This document shows, piece by piece, positions 1 to 7,284 of a stretch of DNA of 30,231 nucleotides (its first letter is position 1; every line of letters starts with the position of its first letter). The DNA lies in IMG/VR virus record IMGVR_UViG_3300037325_000089, positions 1-30,231 of that record; one strand, given 5' to 3'. This DNA is from a virus. Lineage: Duplodnaviria; Caudoviricetes. Position numbers and translations under genes: made by a program. The notes beneath the pieces are model-generated. The model had not been told where the DNA came from. It saw only the letters and a program-made list of their open reading frames with translations, and ran no database searches.

Positions 1-9
1 GGGAACCTA

Positions 10-72
10 TCGAAGCCTGATCCGCTCCGGCCTGCGCCTACCCCATAGACGCAGCGCGGAACTGATCCACTA
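10..72 (+). repeat. 63-nt structured element, copy 1 (putative cis-regulatory RNA/DNA stem-loop)
   Basis: TCGAAGCCTGATCCGCTCCGGCCTGCG-N13-CGCAGCGCGGAACTGATCCACTA. The 27-nt and 23-nt blocks are identical to 2779-2841. Stems TCCGC/GCGGA and CTGCG/CGCAG. Lies directly upstream of RBS AGGAG and ATG 88. Confidence 0.85.
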
Positions 73-87
73 TCTAGGAGCCACGCC

Positions 88-312
88 ATGACCGACCTTG
101 AAGCCGCGCTCGACGCCGCGCGCGACGCATACAATACAGCGTTCTTCAATGAGCGCGACACACACAATGAAGTCATAGCGGCGGACGCTCGCGCCGTAGC
201 CGCAAGGGAAGCCGTCCGCTTGGCTATCGTCCGCCTCAGCGACACGCGCACCGCCTACAACCTCGCAAGCGACGCCGTCCGCGAGGAACGCGACGCCTGC
301 GATAGCGAGTGA
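88..312 (+). CDS. hypothetical early protein (74 aa, Ala-rich helical)
   Basis: ORF with AGGAG RBS at 76-80; ends just before the first cassette junction. Confidence 0.75.
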   Translation: MTDLEAALDAARDAYNTAFFNERDTHNEVIAADARAVAAREAVRLAIVRLSDTRTAYNLASDAVREERDACDSE

Positions 313-317
313 AACAA

Positions 318-349
318 AATCCCCCCTAGAGGGTAATCAGGAGACTATG
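318..349 (+). repeat. cassette junction repeat 1 (palindrome + RBS + ATG)
   Basis: AATCCCCCCTAGAGGGTAATCAGGAGA (27 bp, identical in 5 copies) followed by CTATG. Confidence 0.95.
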
Positions 350-1009
350 ACCATGGAAATGATGCACGAAGAGACCCATAGCGGCGTGAGCATCCGGGTT
401 TACTTGGACCCCGAGGGCGTGAGCATCTGCGACGTGGAACCGGAAGCGCCGGTCCGCATCATGCGCACTTATGATAGAAGCATCTGCGATAACCTGACTA
501 ACCCGGATTTATGCCTTGGCATGAGCGCGAGACACTTAGTAATCCTTGAGACGAGCGGCTGGCGCGCTTTAGTAATGCACGCGCACGGGGACACGGGCGA
601 GACGCCTTCCGGGCGCAAGTGGTGCGCTGCTTACACTGGCACTGTGTACGGCAGAACGTGGCGCGGTGTTTACGCTGCGCTGGAAGGGAGAAACGTGCGC
701 AAGCTGGCTCGCATCAGAACCTCCGTAATATACAACGAGCCGCGCGGCAGAGCTGTTTTCTATGCGGCGTGGGACCAAGCCGAGCTGGACGCATATGCAG
801 GCTGCAAAAACGCGCAGCCCGCGATCAAGAGTATGCGGCAGGCGCTTGAGGGCGAAGTCTTTGGCTTCATAGTGGACGAGGACGGCCCAGACGAAGACAG
901 CTGCTGGGGCTTTCTCGGCGAGATGGGGGCGTGCTTGATAGAGGCGCAAGCCTCGGCAGACACGATAGCTGCTAAGCGGACCGCCTCCGCTCTCATACTG
1001 AACGCATAA
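347..1009 (+). CDS. hypothetical phage early protein (220 aa)
   Basis: RBS supplied by the repeat and stop TAA supplied by the next repeat. The C-terminal FGFIV..DSCWGFLG motif is of a type I recall from other uncharacterised phage proteins. Confidence 0.85.
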   Translation: MTMEMMHEETHSGVSIRVYLDPEGVSICDVEPEAPVRIMRTYDRSICDNLTNPDLCLGMSARHLVILETSGWRALVMHAHGDTGETPSGRKWCAAYTGTVYGRTWRGVYAALEGRNVRKLARIRTSVIYNEPRGRAVFYAAWDQAELDAYAGCKNAQPAIKSMRQALEGEVFGFIVDEDGPDEDSCWGFLGEMGACLIEAQASADTIAAKRTASALILNA

Positions 1010-1044
1010 TCCCCCCTAGAGGGTAATCAGGAGAAGAGACCATG
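1007..1044 (+). repeat. cassette junction repeat 2
   Basis: TAATCCCCCCTAGAGGGTAATCAGGAGAAGAGACCATG. Confidence 0.95.
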
Positions 1045-1275
1045 ACCACTCTTATATCAACAAAGCTGCGTGGAGACGCCGAGGAAGTAGAGTTTCACGG
1101 AGACGCCCGCACCGCATGGACAATGCGGCAGGCTGCAATTGCAATAGAGCGGATGAGCGAAGCGCTCAGCGCGTGCGCTTACTACTTTGAGAACGCGCCT
1201 TGTGGCACGCCTGAGTTGCCTCTCGGGACGCGCGCCAGTTATGCGCTTCTCTGCCGAAAGGCTGACGTTTCGTGA
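1042..1275 (+). CDS. hypothetical early protein (77 aa)
   Basis: Start codon and RBS lie within repeat 2. Confidence 0.75.
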   Translation: MTTLISTKLRGDAEEVEFHGDARTAWTMRQAAIAIERMSEALSACAYYFENAPCGTPELPLGTRASYALLCRKADVS

Positions 1276-1319
1276 GCGTATATAGCGCCTGTTTCGCTGC
1301 CTCTGCCTGCTTCAGAGCC

Positions 1320-1363
1320 GCCCACTAATCCCCCCTAGAGGGTAATCAGGAGAAGAGACCATG
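1320..1363 (+). repeat. cassette junction repeat 3
   Basis: GCCCACTAATCCCCCCTAGAGGGTAATCAGGAGAAGAGACCATG. Confidence 0.95.
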
Positions 1364-1798
1364 ACCAGCAATGTAAGCAAGGGCGAGCTCAACCGGGCAA
1401 TGACCAAGCTCAACCGCCGCACGGGCAGGCCGGTATCGCCTGCCAAGGGCGACGAGCCTTGCGTGGGCCACCTGTTGCTTGATAATTCCAATTCAGGGAT
1501 GCGTATGTGGCAGATTATGAACGGTCAGGGGTTCGAGGTCGTTGCGCTAGACGGCCCGCACCGCACGAGCCGCGAAATGTTCGACCTTATCAGCGCCATG
1601 ATTGTCGCGCTCGACCTCGCGGCTTCCCCCCCGAAGGCGCACGTTCTTGATGATAGCCCGGCGCAGGTTGAGCGGGTCGCTCGCGCCCTGCACGGCAGAG
1701 CCAACAAGAGCCAGAAAAGTGCGGCGTGGGATACTGCGCCGCCCGCCTCAAGAGACGCTTGGCGCAAGCTGGCCGTTGTCGCAATAGCAGCCCACTAA
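1361..1798 (+). CDS. hypothetical early protein (145 aa)
   Basis: Starts in repeat 3 and stops at the TAA of repeat 4. The C-terminal VERVARALH..W..R..A.AI segment is typical of small phage proteins. Confidence 0.85.
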   Translation: MTSNVSKGELNRAMTKLNRRTGRPVSPAKGDEPCVGHLLLDNSNSGMRMWQIMNGQGFEVVALDGPHRTSREMFDLISAMIVALDLAASPPKAHVLDDSPAQVERVARALHGRANKSQKSAAWDTAPPASRDAWRKLAVVAIAAH

Positions 1799-1833
1799 TC
1801 CCCCCTAGAGGGTAATCAGGAGAAGAGACTATG
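1790..1833 (+). repeat. cassette junction repeat 4
   Basis: GCCCACTAATCCCCCCTAGAGGGTAATCAGGAGAAGAGACTATG. Confidence 0.95.
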
Positions 1834-2157
1834 ACGATAACCCTCAATCAGATCAGAGATCAGCTCGCAGCCGAAATGCGCAAGAACGCATGGGACCACG
1901 CCATCAAAGTGGTGGACATTATCGAAGCGGACGCCGAGGCAGACTTGCACTATAGAGGGGTGGTGCAATACTGGCTCGACGGGCACGGAAGCACTATCTG
2001 GCTGCGTGATGAGGTGATGGAGCCACTGCGCCACCGCTCTGCTATTATCGAAATCGGGCAGCACTTTAACCCCACTACTGAGTGGGACAATACTTGGATG
2101 CCGCTCGACACGGCAGCGCATAGGGCACGGTACAAACTGGACCCCGAAGAAAGATAA
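1831..2157 (+). CDS. hypothetical early protein (108 aa)
   Basis: Starts in repeat 4 and stops immediately before repeat 5. Confidence 0.85.
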   Translation: MTITLNQIRDQLAAEMRKNAWDHAIKVVDIIEADAEADLHYRGVVQYWLDGHGSTIWLRDEVMEPLRHRSAIIEIGQHFNPTTEWDNTWMPLDTAAHRARYKLDPEER

Positions 2158-2201
2158 GCCCACTAATCCCCCCTAGAGGGTAATCAGGAGAAGAAACCAT
2201 G
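2158..2201 (+). repeat. cassette junction repeat 5
   Basis: GCCCACTAATCCCCCCTAGAGGGTAATCAGGAGAAGAAACCATG. Confidence 0.95.
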
Positions 2202-2768
2202 ACCAGCACCAACACTCGCCAGACCGTCGAGGTTTACGGGGACATTACTGCGTTTGTACGGGGAGCGACGCGCCACCTGCCCGCCATCGTCGCCCGTTCG
2301 ACCGGCGACCTGCCTTACACGACGCGATCCCTTGATAGGTACATAGTGCAAGCTGTCGGCCTTGTGCTCAAGGAAGCAACCAGCCCTGCGTACAGAGCGG
2401 CGCAAGGGTTCGCCAGAGAAGCCGGGTTCACGACCGGCAGGGAGAACGCCTCTGACCTTTTGTCGAACGCCACCGACGATGACAATAACGACCTGCTCAG
2501 GTTCTCGGTGCAGTCTGTCCTGCTTAGCATGGTGTCGCTGCAAATGCAGCGGGGCGCGTTTATTCTGGAGGACGACCTGCAAACCATGCTCCGTCCTCTG
2601 CCTCTTTGGGTTCCATTCCACACACGAGTTACTGACGCTGCGATAATCAAAGCGTCTCGGGTGGCCCGGAAGATTACCGGCGAGCTGGCGGACGTTGTGG
2701 ACATTAGCGCCGGGCTGCACAACAGCATAGTCGAGATGCACAACGTGGAGGCTACTTCCCCTCTGTAG
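2199..2768 (+). CDS. hypothetical early protein (189 aa)
   Basis: Starts in repeat 5; its stop TAG lies inside the palindrome at 2755-2774. Confidence 0.8.
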   Translation: MTSTNTRQTVEVYGDITAFVRGATRHLPAIVARSTGDLPYTTRSLDRYIVQAVGLVLKEATSPAYRAAQGFAREAGFTTGRENASDLLSNATDDDNNDLLRFSVQSVLLSMVSLQMQRGAFILEDDLQTMLRPLPLWVPFHTRVTDAAIIKASRVARKITGELADVVDISAGLHNSIVEMHNVEATSPL

Positions 2769-2778
2769 GGGAAACACG

Positions 2779-2841
2779 TCGAAGCCTGATCCGCTCCGGC
2801 CTGCGTCTCTAGCTGAGGCGCAGCGCGGAACTGATCCACTA
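2779..2841 (+). repeat. 63-nt structured element, copy 2
   Basis: Same conserved blocks as 10-72 with a different but still pairing 13-nt apical part. Sandwiched between palindromes at 2755 and 2841. Confidence 0.85.
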
Positions 2842-2869
2842 ATACCCTATAGAGGGGAAAGGATAGACC

Positions 2870-3268
2870 ATGGATTACTTCTCTATCATAGACGGGGCAA
2901 AGGCGGTCATAGTGACCGCTGGCGTCTACCGCCAAGTGGATGTGTTTGAACGCGCTGGCTACCTGTACGCTGCGCGGGGCAATGGCTTTATTCGTCTGCT
3001 GGCAAGCGGCAAGACTTCGGACCCGCGTACCTTGTGGCGCGAGTGCGACGTTGACGGAGGACACTTGGTTCAGTCTGGGTCTTACATTGTGCGCGGCGGC
3101 GTAGTGCCTGACGCCCTGCCCGGTGTAGCTTCCCCTGTGGAGGGGATAACGAAGGACGTTGGAAGGTTCGCCCACGACCAGCGGCGGTTGGAGGCGGTCG
3201 CTAAGGTGACGGAAGCCAGAAACAAGAGACGGGCCGACGCGAAGTCAGCAAGAGAGGGAATGAAATGA
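2870..3268 (+). CDS. hypothetical phage protein (132 aa)
   Basis: AAGGA RBS upstream; beta-rich N-terminal half GVYRQV..R..LYA..G.GFIRL; ATGA overlap with the next gene. Confidence 0.8.
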   Translation: MDYFSIIDGAKAVIVTAGVYRQVDVFERAGYLYAARGNGFIRLLASGKTSDPRTLWRECDVDGGHLVQSGSYIVRGGVVPDALPGVASPVEGITKDVGRFAHDQRRLEAVAKVTEARNKRRADAKSAREGMK

Positions 3269-3465
3269 CTCCGACAAAGCAGACGGGCGGGGCGTACATG
3301 CCCCGCAGCGATATGTACGAGCTGACCTCAGCGCAGACAAAGCAGGCTATGCGCAACTTTATGTTGGCTCTCGGCTCTGACTTGCGCGGCGAGATTACCG
3401 TCAACTTCATGCGCGACGCGAACGGGAAAGCCTTCGCTATCGTCATTAACCGGGAGATCGTGTGA
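3265..3465 (+). CDS. hypothetical protein (66 aa)
   Basis: Coupled by 4-nt overlaps to both neighbours; GAGGG RBS. Confidence 0.7.
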   Translation: MTPTKQTGGAYMPRSDMYELTSAQTKQAMRNFMLALGSDLRGEITVNFMRDANGKAFAIVINREIV

Positions 3466-4037
3466 CTATGACCAATAGAATAGACGCCGCTGTAAATTCG
3501 CTCTATGTGAAAAACCATCGCGCGGAGTGGTCGAGGATGGGCTTTGCCCCCATGACCGTCTCGGTGCATGATAGCGACAAAGAGCACGCCAAGGCGCTGA
3601 TCGAGCTGCTGCGCTTTGAGCGGCTTATGCGTAGCATCGAGGCTGGCGATGCGGAGGTTATCGACTTCGTGGCTGGCCGCAACATGCAGCGCCTCCCCTC
3701 CAACGAGGTGCTGCGGTTGCGGCGCGAGGCTGTCCTTTATGCCATGCTGCCCAAGCCCACAGAAAATAAGATAGTGGCCCTGCTTGATGTGGCTACTACC
3801 TTAATGACCGACTGCATGGGCTGGCGCAGGATGATGCACGACGACCCGGCCAACGACACGGTTCGGGCAAAGTGCGTGTGCGCCAATAACTTGGCGGTCG
3901 CTCACGCCTTGCTCGCGTCCGCGCTCATGTCTGTGCATTGTGTGACGCCCGGCAAAGCACAATCCCCCGCAGGGGGTAATGCTCCCGAGCCGATGCAGGC
4001 GGTGGTTGCTAACCCTAAAAGGTTCGGCAAGCAATGA
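3462..4037 (+). CDS. putative DNA-binding protein with N-terminal ribbon-helix-helix-like segment
   Basis: NHRAEWSRMGFAPMTVSVHDSDKEHAKALIELLR fits a helix-G-beta(alternating)-helix pattern like RHH/MazE-like DUF3018 proteins. The ORF is solid; the function is inferred. Confidence 0.5.
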   Translation: MTMTNRIDAAVNSLYVKNHRAEWSRMGFAPMTVSVHDSDKEHAKALIELLRFERLMRSIEAGDAEVIDFVAGRNMQRLPSNEVLRLRREAVLYAMLPKPTENKIVALLDVATTLMTDCMGWRRMMHDDPANDTVRAKCVCANNLAVAHALLASALMSVHCVTPGKAQSPAGGNAPEPMQAVVANPKRFGKQ

Positions 4038-5377
4038 TCCGCCCAACGCTCATGCGCATCCAAGACGAAGATGCAGATAGGTTGATACAGGGGGACATAC
4101 CCAACCATAGCCTAGCGGGGACAGGTAAAACCCTGTCTACGCTGGAGGCTGTGAAGCGGGCGGGCCATGATCGGGGACTTGTTTTGGGGCCGCTAATTTC
4201 AATGGAGATGTGGAAGGAGCAGACAGAAATGTGGCTAGGCGCTAAGGCGCAAATCCTGCGCTCTGGCGCTGATAAGATCAAGCCCGACACTGATTTTGTT
4301 TTGTGCCCGTATGACCTTGCCGCAGGTAGCCAGCGGGCCAGACTGCGCGCGCACTTTAACAAGGGCGCGTTGATACTGGACGAGGCGCACTATCTGCGCG
4401 GCTATGGTTCCAAGCGGTCGCAGGCGGTGTTCGGCGCAGAGTATGACGGAGACAGGGGGTTTATGGAGCTGTTCGACCATGTGTGGTCTCTGACAGGAAA
4501 CCCGGTGTGGTCGCATAGCAACGATATGTGGACGCAGCTAGTCGCCTTGTTCCCTAAAGTGTTCTCGCAGTACGGGGTGACTGAGTACCAGAATTTTGTG
4601 CGTAGCTTCTGCGTTATTAAATGGATAACCGTCCATAAAAAGCTACCACAAAAACCAAAAATTGTGGCGAGCACGTCCTCTAGGCTGCTAAACCGCATAG
4701 TGTACCATGACATAGGCGCAATCAGGAGAGAGGAAGCGCTGGACCTGCCGCCGCTGACGTTTGCCTCGCTGACGGTGAAGCCAGACCGACTACCGAAGCA
4801 CTATGCCGCCATGCTGTCCAAGATGACTGACCGAGAAATAGAGGTTGCTCTAAAGTTTAGCAAGGCAGGGCCAGACGACGAAGACACCGGGCTGCAAGGC
4901 GTTTGGCAAGCGCTGGCCCTGTCGGTGGTGGGTCCGGTTGTGGAGCACATAGAGAACATATCCCGCAATAGCCCGGTGCTGGTGGGCGTGTACCATACCG
5001 CCGTAGGCGATGCGTACGTTGCAGAGCTTGAGAAGCGCGGGCTGTCTGTCGGCGTGGTGCGGGGTGGCGTGACGGTGAAGAAGCGCGAAGAGATAAGGAG
5101 TGCGTTTAACCAAGGAAACCTTGACGTTATCGTCGGCCAAATGACCGCGATGGGGGTCAGCTGGAACCTACAGGCTATGTGTCACAGGGTAGTGATAGCG
5201 CAGGACTGCCCGAGCGCGTCCACCATAGAGCAGTTTTACAAGCGGGTGCAGCGCACTGGCCAGACGCAGCCTGTCATCGTGGATACAGTGATGCCGACGC
5301 ATCCTCTTAGCTTGGCTATCGCTCGCATGAGGCGTGCCAAAGGCGCAGAGCAGCGGATCGTACGTACCGGAGAATAA
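4034..5377 (+). CDS. SF2 (SNF2-like) DNA helicase
   Basis: Walker A GTGKT, Walker B ILDEAH, motif III LTGNP, motif V MGVSWNL, motif VI QFYKRVQRTGQ. Confidence 0.92.
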   Translation: MIRPTLMRIQDEDADRLIQGDIPNHSLAGTGKTLSTLEAVKRAGHDRGLVLGPLISMEMWKEQTEMWLGAKAQILRSGADKIKPDTDFVLCPYDLAAGSQRARLRAHFNKGALILDEAHYLRGYGSKRSQAVFGAEYDGDRGFMELFDHVWSLTGNPVWSHSNDMWTQLVALFPKVFSQYGVTEYQNFVRSFCVIKWITVHKKLPQKPKIVASTSSRLLNRIVYHDIGAIRREEALDLPPLTFASLTVKPDRLPKHYAAMLSKMTDREIEVALKFSKAGPDDEDTGLQGVWQALALSVVGPVVEHIENISRNSPVLVGVYHTAVGDAYVAELEKRGLSVGVVRGGVTVKKREEIRSAFNQGNLDVIVGQMTAMGVSWNLQAMCHRVVIAQDCPSASTIEQFYKRVQRTGQTQPVIVDTVMPTHPLSLAIARMRRAKGAEQRIVRTGE

Positions 5378-5411
5378 TCCCCCTTGCAGGGTAAACAGGA
5401 GAAGCGATATG
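5375..5411 (+). promoter_or_regulatory. variant cassette junction (stop + palindrome + RBS)
   Basis: TAATCCCCCTTGCAGGGTAAACAGGAGAAGCGATATG. It supplies the helicase stop and the RBS/ATG of the next gene. Confidence 0.85.
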
Positions 5412-5723
5412 TCTTGCCTCACCACACAGACGGCGCAAATGCGCTACGAAGCTATAACTGAAAAGCATTTGACGGCTATGCTTAACGAGCTCGGAGCGGA
5501 GGGTATCTGCCCCGAGTGCGCGCTCAATAGCTTGCTGGGTAACATGCTGCTTACACAGTTTGTTGAGTGCGGCCAGCCCCTTACCACCGATTTGGCGCGC
5601 CAGTTTGCGCGGGCGATGGGCGAGAAAGCGCTGCTGTGCGCTTTGGCCGTGCTACGTGGAGCCGTTCAACACATCGAAGTGCGGGTGGGTATGGCCGATC
5701 CGACGAAGAAGTGCGCGCCATGA
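5409..5723 (+). CDS. hypothetical protein (104 aa, CxxC)
   Basis: Start re-assigned to ATG 5409 after the CAGGAG RBS; contains CPEC. Confidence 0.75.
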   Translation: MSCLTTQTAQMRYEAITEKHLTAMLNELGAEGICPECALNSLLGNMLLTQFVECGQPLTTDLARQFARAMGEKALLCALAVLRGAVQHIEVRVGMADPTKKCAP

Positions 5724-5854
5724 CGCGGCACCGCTCCCCCAGCAGAGGGACGCTGCGCCGCCACCGTGGTAGTGTTGTCGCCTTGGCGGTGCTGTCAATG
5801 TTGACAGTGTTAGCAGCGCTGGTTGGCGTTGCTGTGGCGATGATTTTGTACTAA
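5720..5854 (+). CDS. small single-pass membrane protein (44 aa)
   Basis: ATGA overlap with the upstream stop. MTRHRSPSRGTLRRHRGS is followed by a ~26-aa hydrophobic stretch. Confidence 0.6.
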   Translation: MTRHRSPSRGTLRRHRGSVVALAVLSMLTVLAALVGVAVAMILY

Positions 5855-5863
5855 TGGCAACAC

Positions 5864-5892
5864 TTGACAACGCCTTGCGTTCTTGCTATAGT
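5864..5892 (+). promoter_or_regulatory. sigma70-type promoter for the replication module
   Basis: TTGACA (5864-5869), 17-bp spacer, TATAGT (5887-5892) with an extended -10 TG. Intergenic, upstream of 5955. Confidence 0.85.
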
Positions 5893-5954
5893 AAGGCGTT
5901 GTCATCCAGCGGTTGCCCCGCCGGTAATCACTGTCAACCAATGGGGACTATCAA

Positions 5955-6833
5955 ATGTTCGACGCTAAAACTCTGGCGCAACCTACCAACGTGCTGCGTA
6001 GGGCACTGGACGCCAACATCCGCAAAGAGACGCGCATGTGGCCAGTGTTCGGCGGCGGGCACTTGATGCGCAAGTCCTATGTCTCATCTTCTGAAGTTGG
6101 CAAGTGTCTGCGTATGGCGTTCTTCAACAAGCGCTACGATGACTTGGGCTGCTTCATCGAGGCTGACGACTTGGAGCGTTCCCCTCTGGGGGGGAATATG
6201 GACACTCTTCCCAAAGGGTTTATCACGGGGGCAATGCCCGGTAACTGGGGGTACGCAGAGCGGGGCAACGCTCAAGAAGAATGGCTGGTAACTAAGCTAC
6301 GGGGTGGCGTGCCGGGGACCAGCTTCATGTTTCTCGGCTCCAACCAAGTTAGCTTTGTGGACGGCAACAGAAGCGGCACGCCAGACGGGCTGGCGGTACG
6401 GCCCAAGGGCGACTTCACCCTTGAGTTCAAGAGCTACGACCCTCGCAAGAAAATGTCTGGTATGCCTGTCCCCGCTCACATAGCGCAGGTGATCCAGAAC
6501 ACCGACCTCATGCAGATCGCCATGCCAGAGCGAAACCTCGTTGGCGGGCTGCTGACCTACACAGAGGCGTCTGACTACAACAAGGGTCCAGAGTTTTGGA
6601 TTGACACAAAAGCCGCCCCTGCGAAAGAGTACCTTGCAGACCTCAAGGTGCGCGCTGACACCGTGTTTACTGCCTCGGCACCCGACGAATTGCCCGCCGA
6701 AGGCATCCACAACGGAGACTGCCAGTACTGCCCGCACACTGCGAGATGCTCAGCGGCGGGTACCATGATTAAACAGGAGAAAGAAAACCGTGACCGAGCA
6801 ATCGACATCGCCCGCACCATCTTCTCTCGATAA
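5955..6833 (+). CDS. Cas4-like PD-(D/E)xK exonuclease with Fe-S cysteines
   Basis: SSEVGKCLR, SGTPDGL, LEFKS, AQV, and C-terminal CQYCPHTARC (1+3 Cys arrangement). Confidence 0.85.
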   Translation: MFDAKTLAQPTNVLRRALDANIRKETRMWPVFGGGHLMRKSYVSSSEVGKCLRMAFFNKRYDDLGCFIEADDLERSPLGGNMDTLPKGFITGAMPGNWGYAERGNAQEEWLVTKLRGGVPGTSFMFLGSNQVSFVDGNRSGTPDGLAVRPKGDFTLEFKSYDPRKKMSGMPVPAHIAQVIQNTDLMQIAMPERNLVGGLLTYTEASDYNKGPEFWIDTKAAPAKEYLADLKVRADTVFTASAPDELPAEGIHNGDCQYCPHTARCSAAGTMIKQEKENRDRAIDIARTIFSR

Positions 6834-7122
6834 CGTCAAGCCCTATCTGGCCGAGATGTTGGAGCTGCGCGCCGCCAAGGCAAAGATTGACGCCCGCCTC
6901 AAGGAGCTCGACCCCATAGTGCGCCCGGCGATCATCGGAGCGGGCTCTTTGCAGCACGCGGGCTACATCTTCAAGTGCTCCATGAAGAAGGGCGCGGTCA
7001 GCCTCGACAAAGCGCTCATCACTGCGTATCTGGAAAAGCGCGGCAAGAAGTACGAAGACTTCACCAAGACCGGAGCGCCGTCGTCAGTGATGACGGTGAT
7101 CGAAATTCCCAAGGAAGCGTGA
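6790..7122 (+). CDS. hypothetical protein (110 aa, basic)
   Basis: CAGGAG upstream of a GTG start; phage-like codon usage; overlaps the end of the nuclease. Confidence 0.75.
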   Translation: MTEQSTSPAPSSLDNVKPYLAEMLELRAAKAKIDARLKELDPIVRPAIIGAGSLQHAGYIFKCSMKKGAVSLDKALITAYLEKRGKKYEDFTKTGAPSSVMTVIEIPKEA

Positions 7123-7284
7123 CGATCATGGTCCCCAGCCGGTAGCTCTGGGGGGTAACTAGGGCGCTTCGTGTCTCCCCAGCGCGACGGTCCACGAGCC
7201 ATAAATCTTCCCCTCTACGGGGGAACCTACCGGAAGCTGACACCGGCACTTGTTAGCCACAGACCAACGAAGGCGAAATGACAA

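Noticed and set aside
10-72. Hammerhead ribozyme or c-di-GMP riboswitch
   Set aside because: It has CUGAU and GGAAC but lacks the CUGANGA/GAAA core. It also lacks the GNRA-capped stem or pseudoknot expected for c-di-GMP-I/II.
318-2191. CRISPR array (five identical palindromic 27-bp repeats, Cas4-like gene nearby)
   Set aside because: Intervals are 319-690 bp, unequal and protein-coding. There is no cas1/cas2, and Cas4-like nucleases are ordinary in phage replication modules.
2840-2858. T7-like phage RNAP promoter (TAATAC..TATAG..GGG)
   Set aside because: The similarity is superficial. The motif is symmetric, occurs in both orientations inside genes, and no single-subunit RNAP is in the window.
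2315-3175. 286-aa minus-strand ORF
   Set aside because: It is antisense to two RBS-supported genes and crosses the repeat boundary. It looks like a GC-rich shadow ORF.
5733-5752. Weak motif-like sites (5733; also 1623, 7141, 29343)
   Set aside because: Only one arm matches or the spacing is wrong, so they are not counted among the 34.
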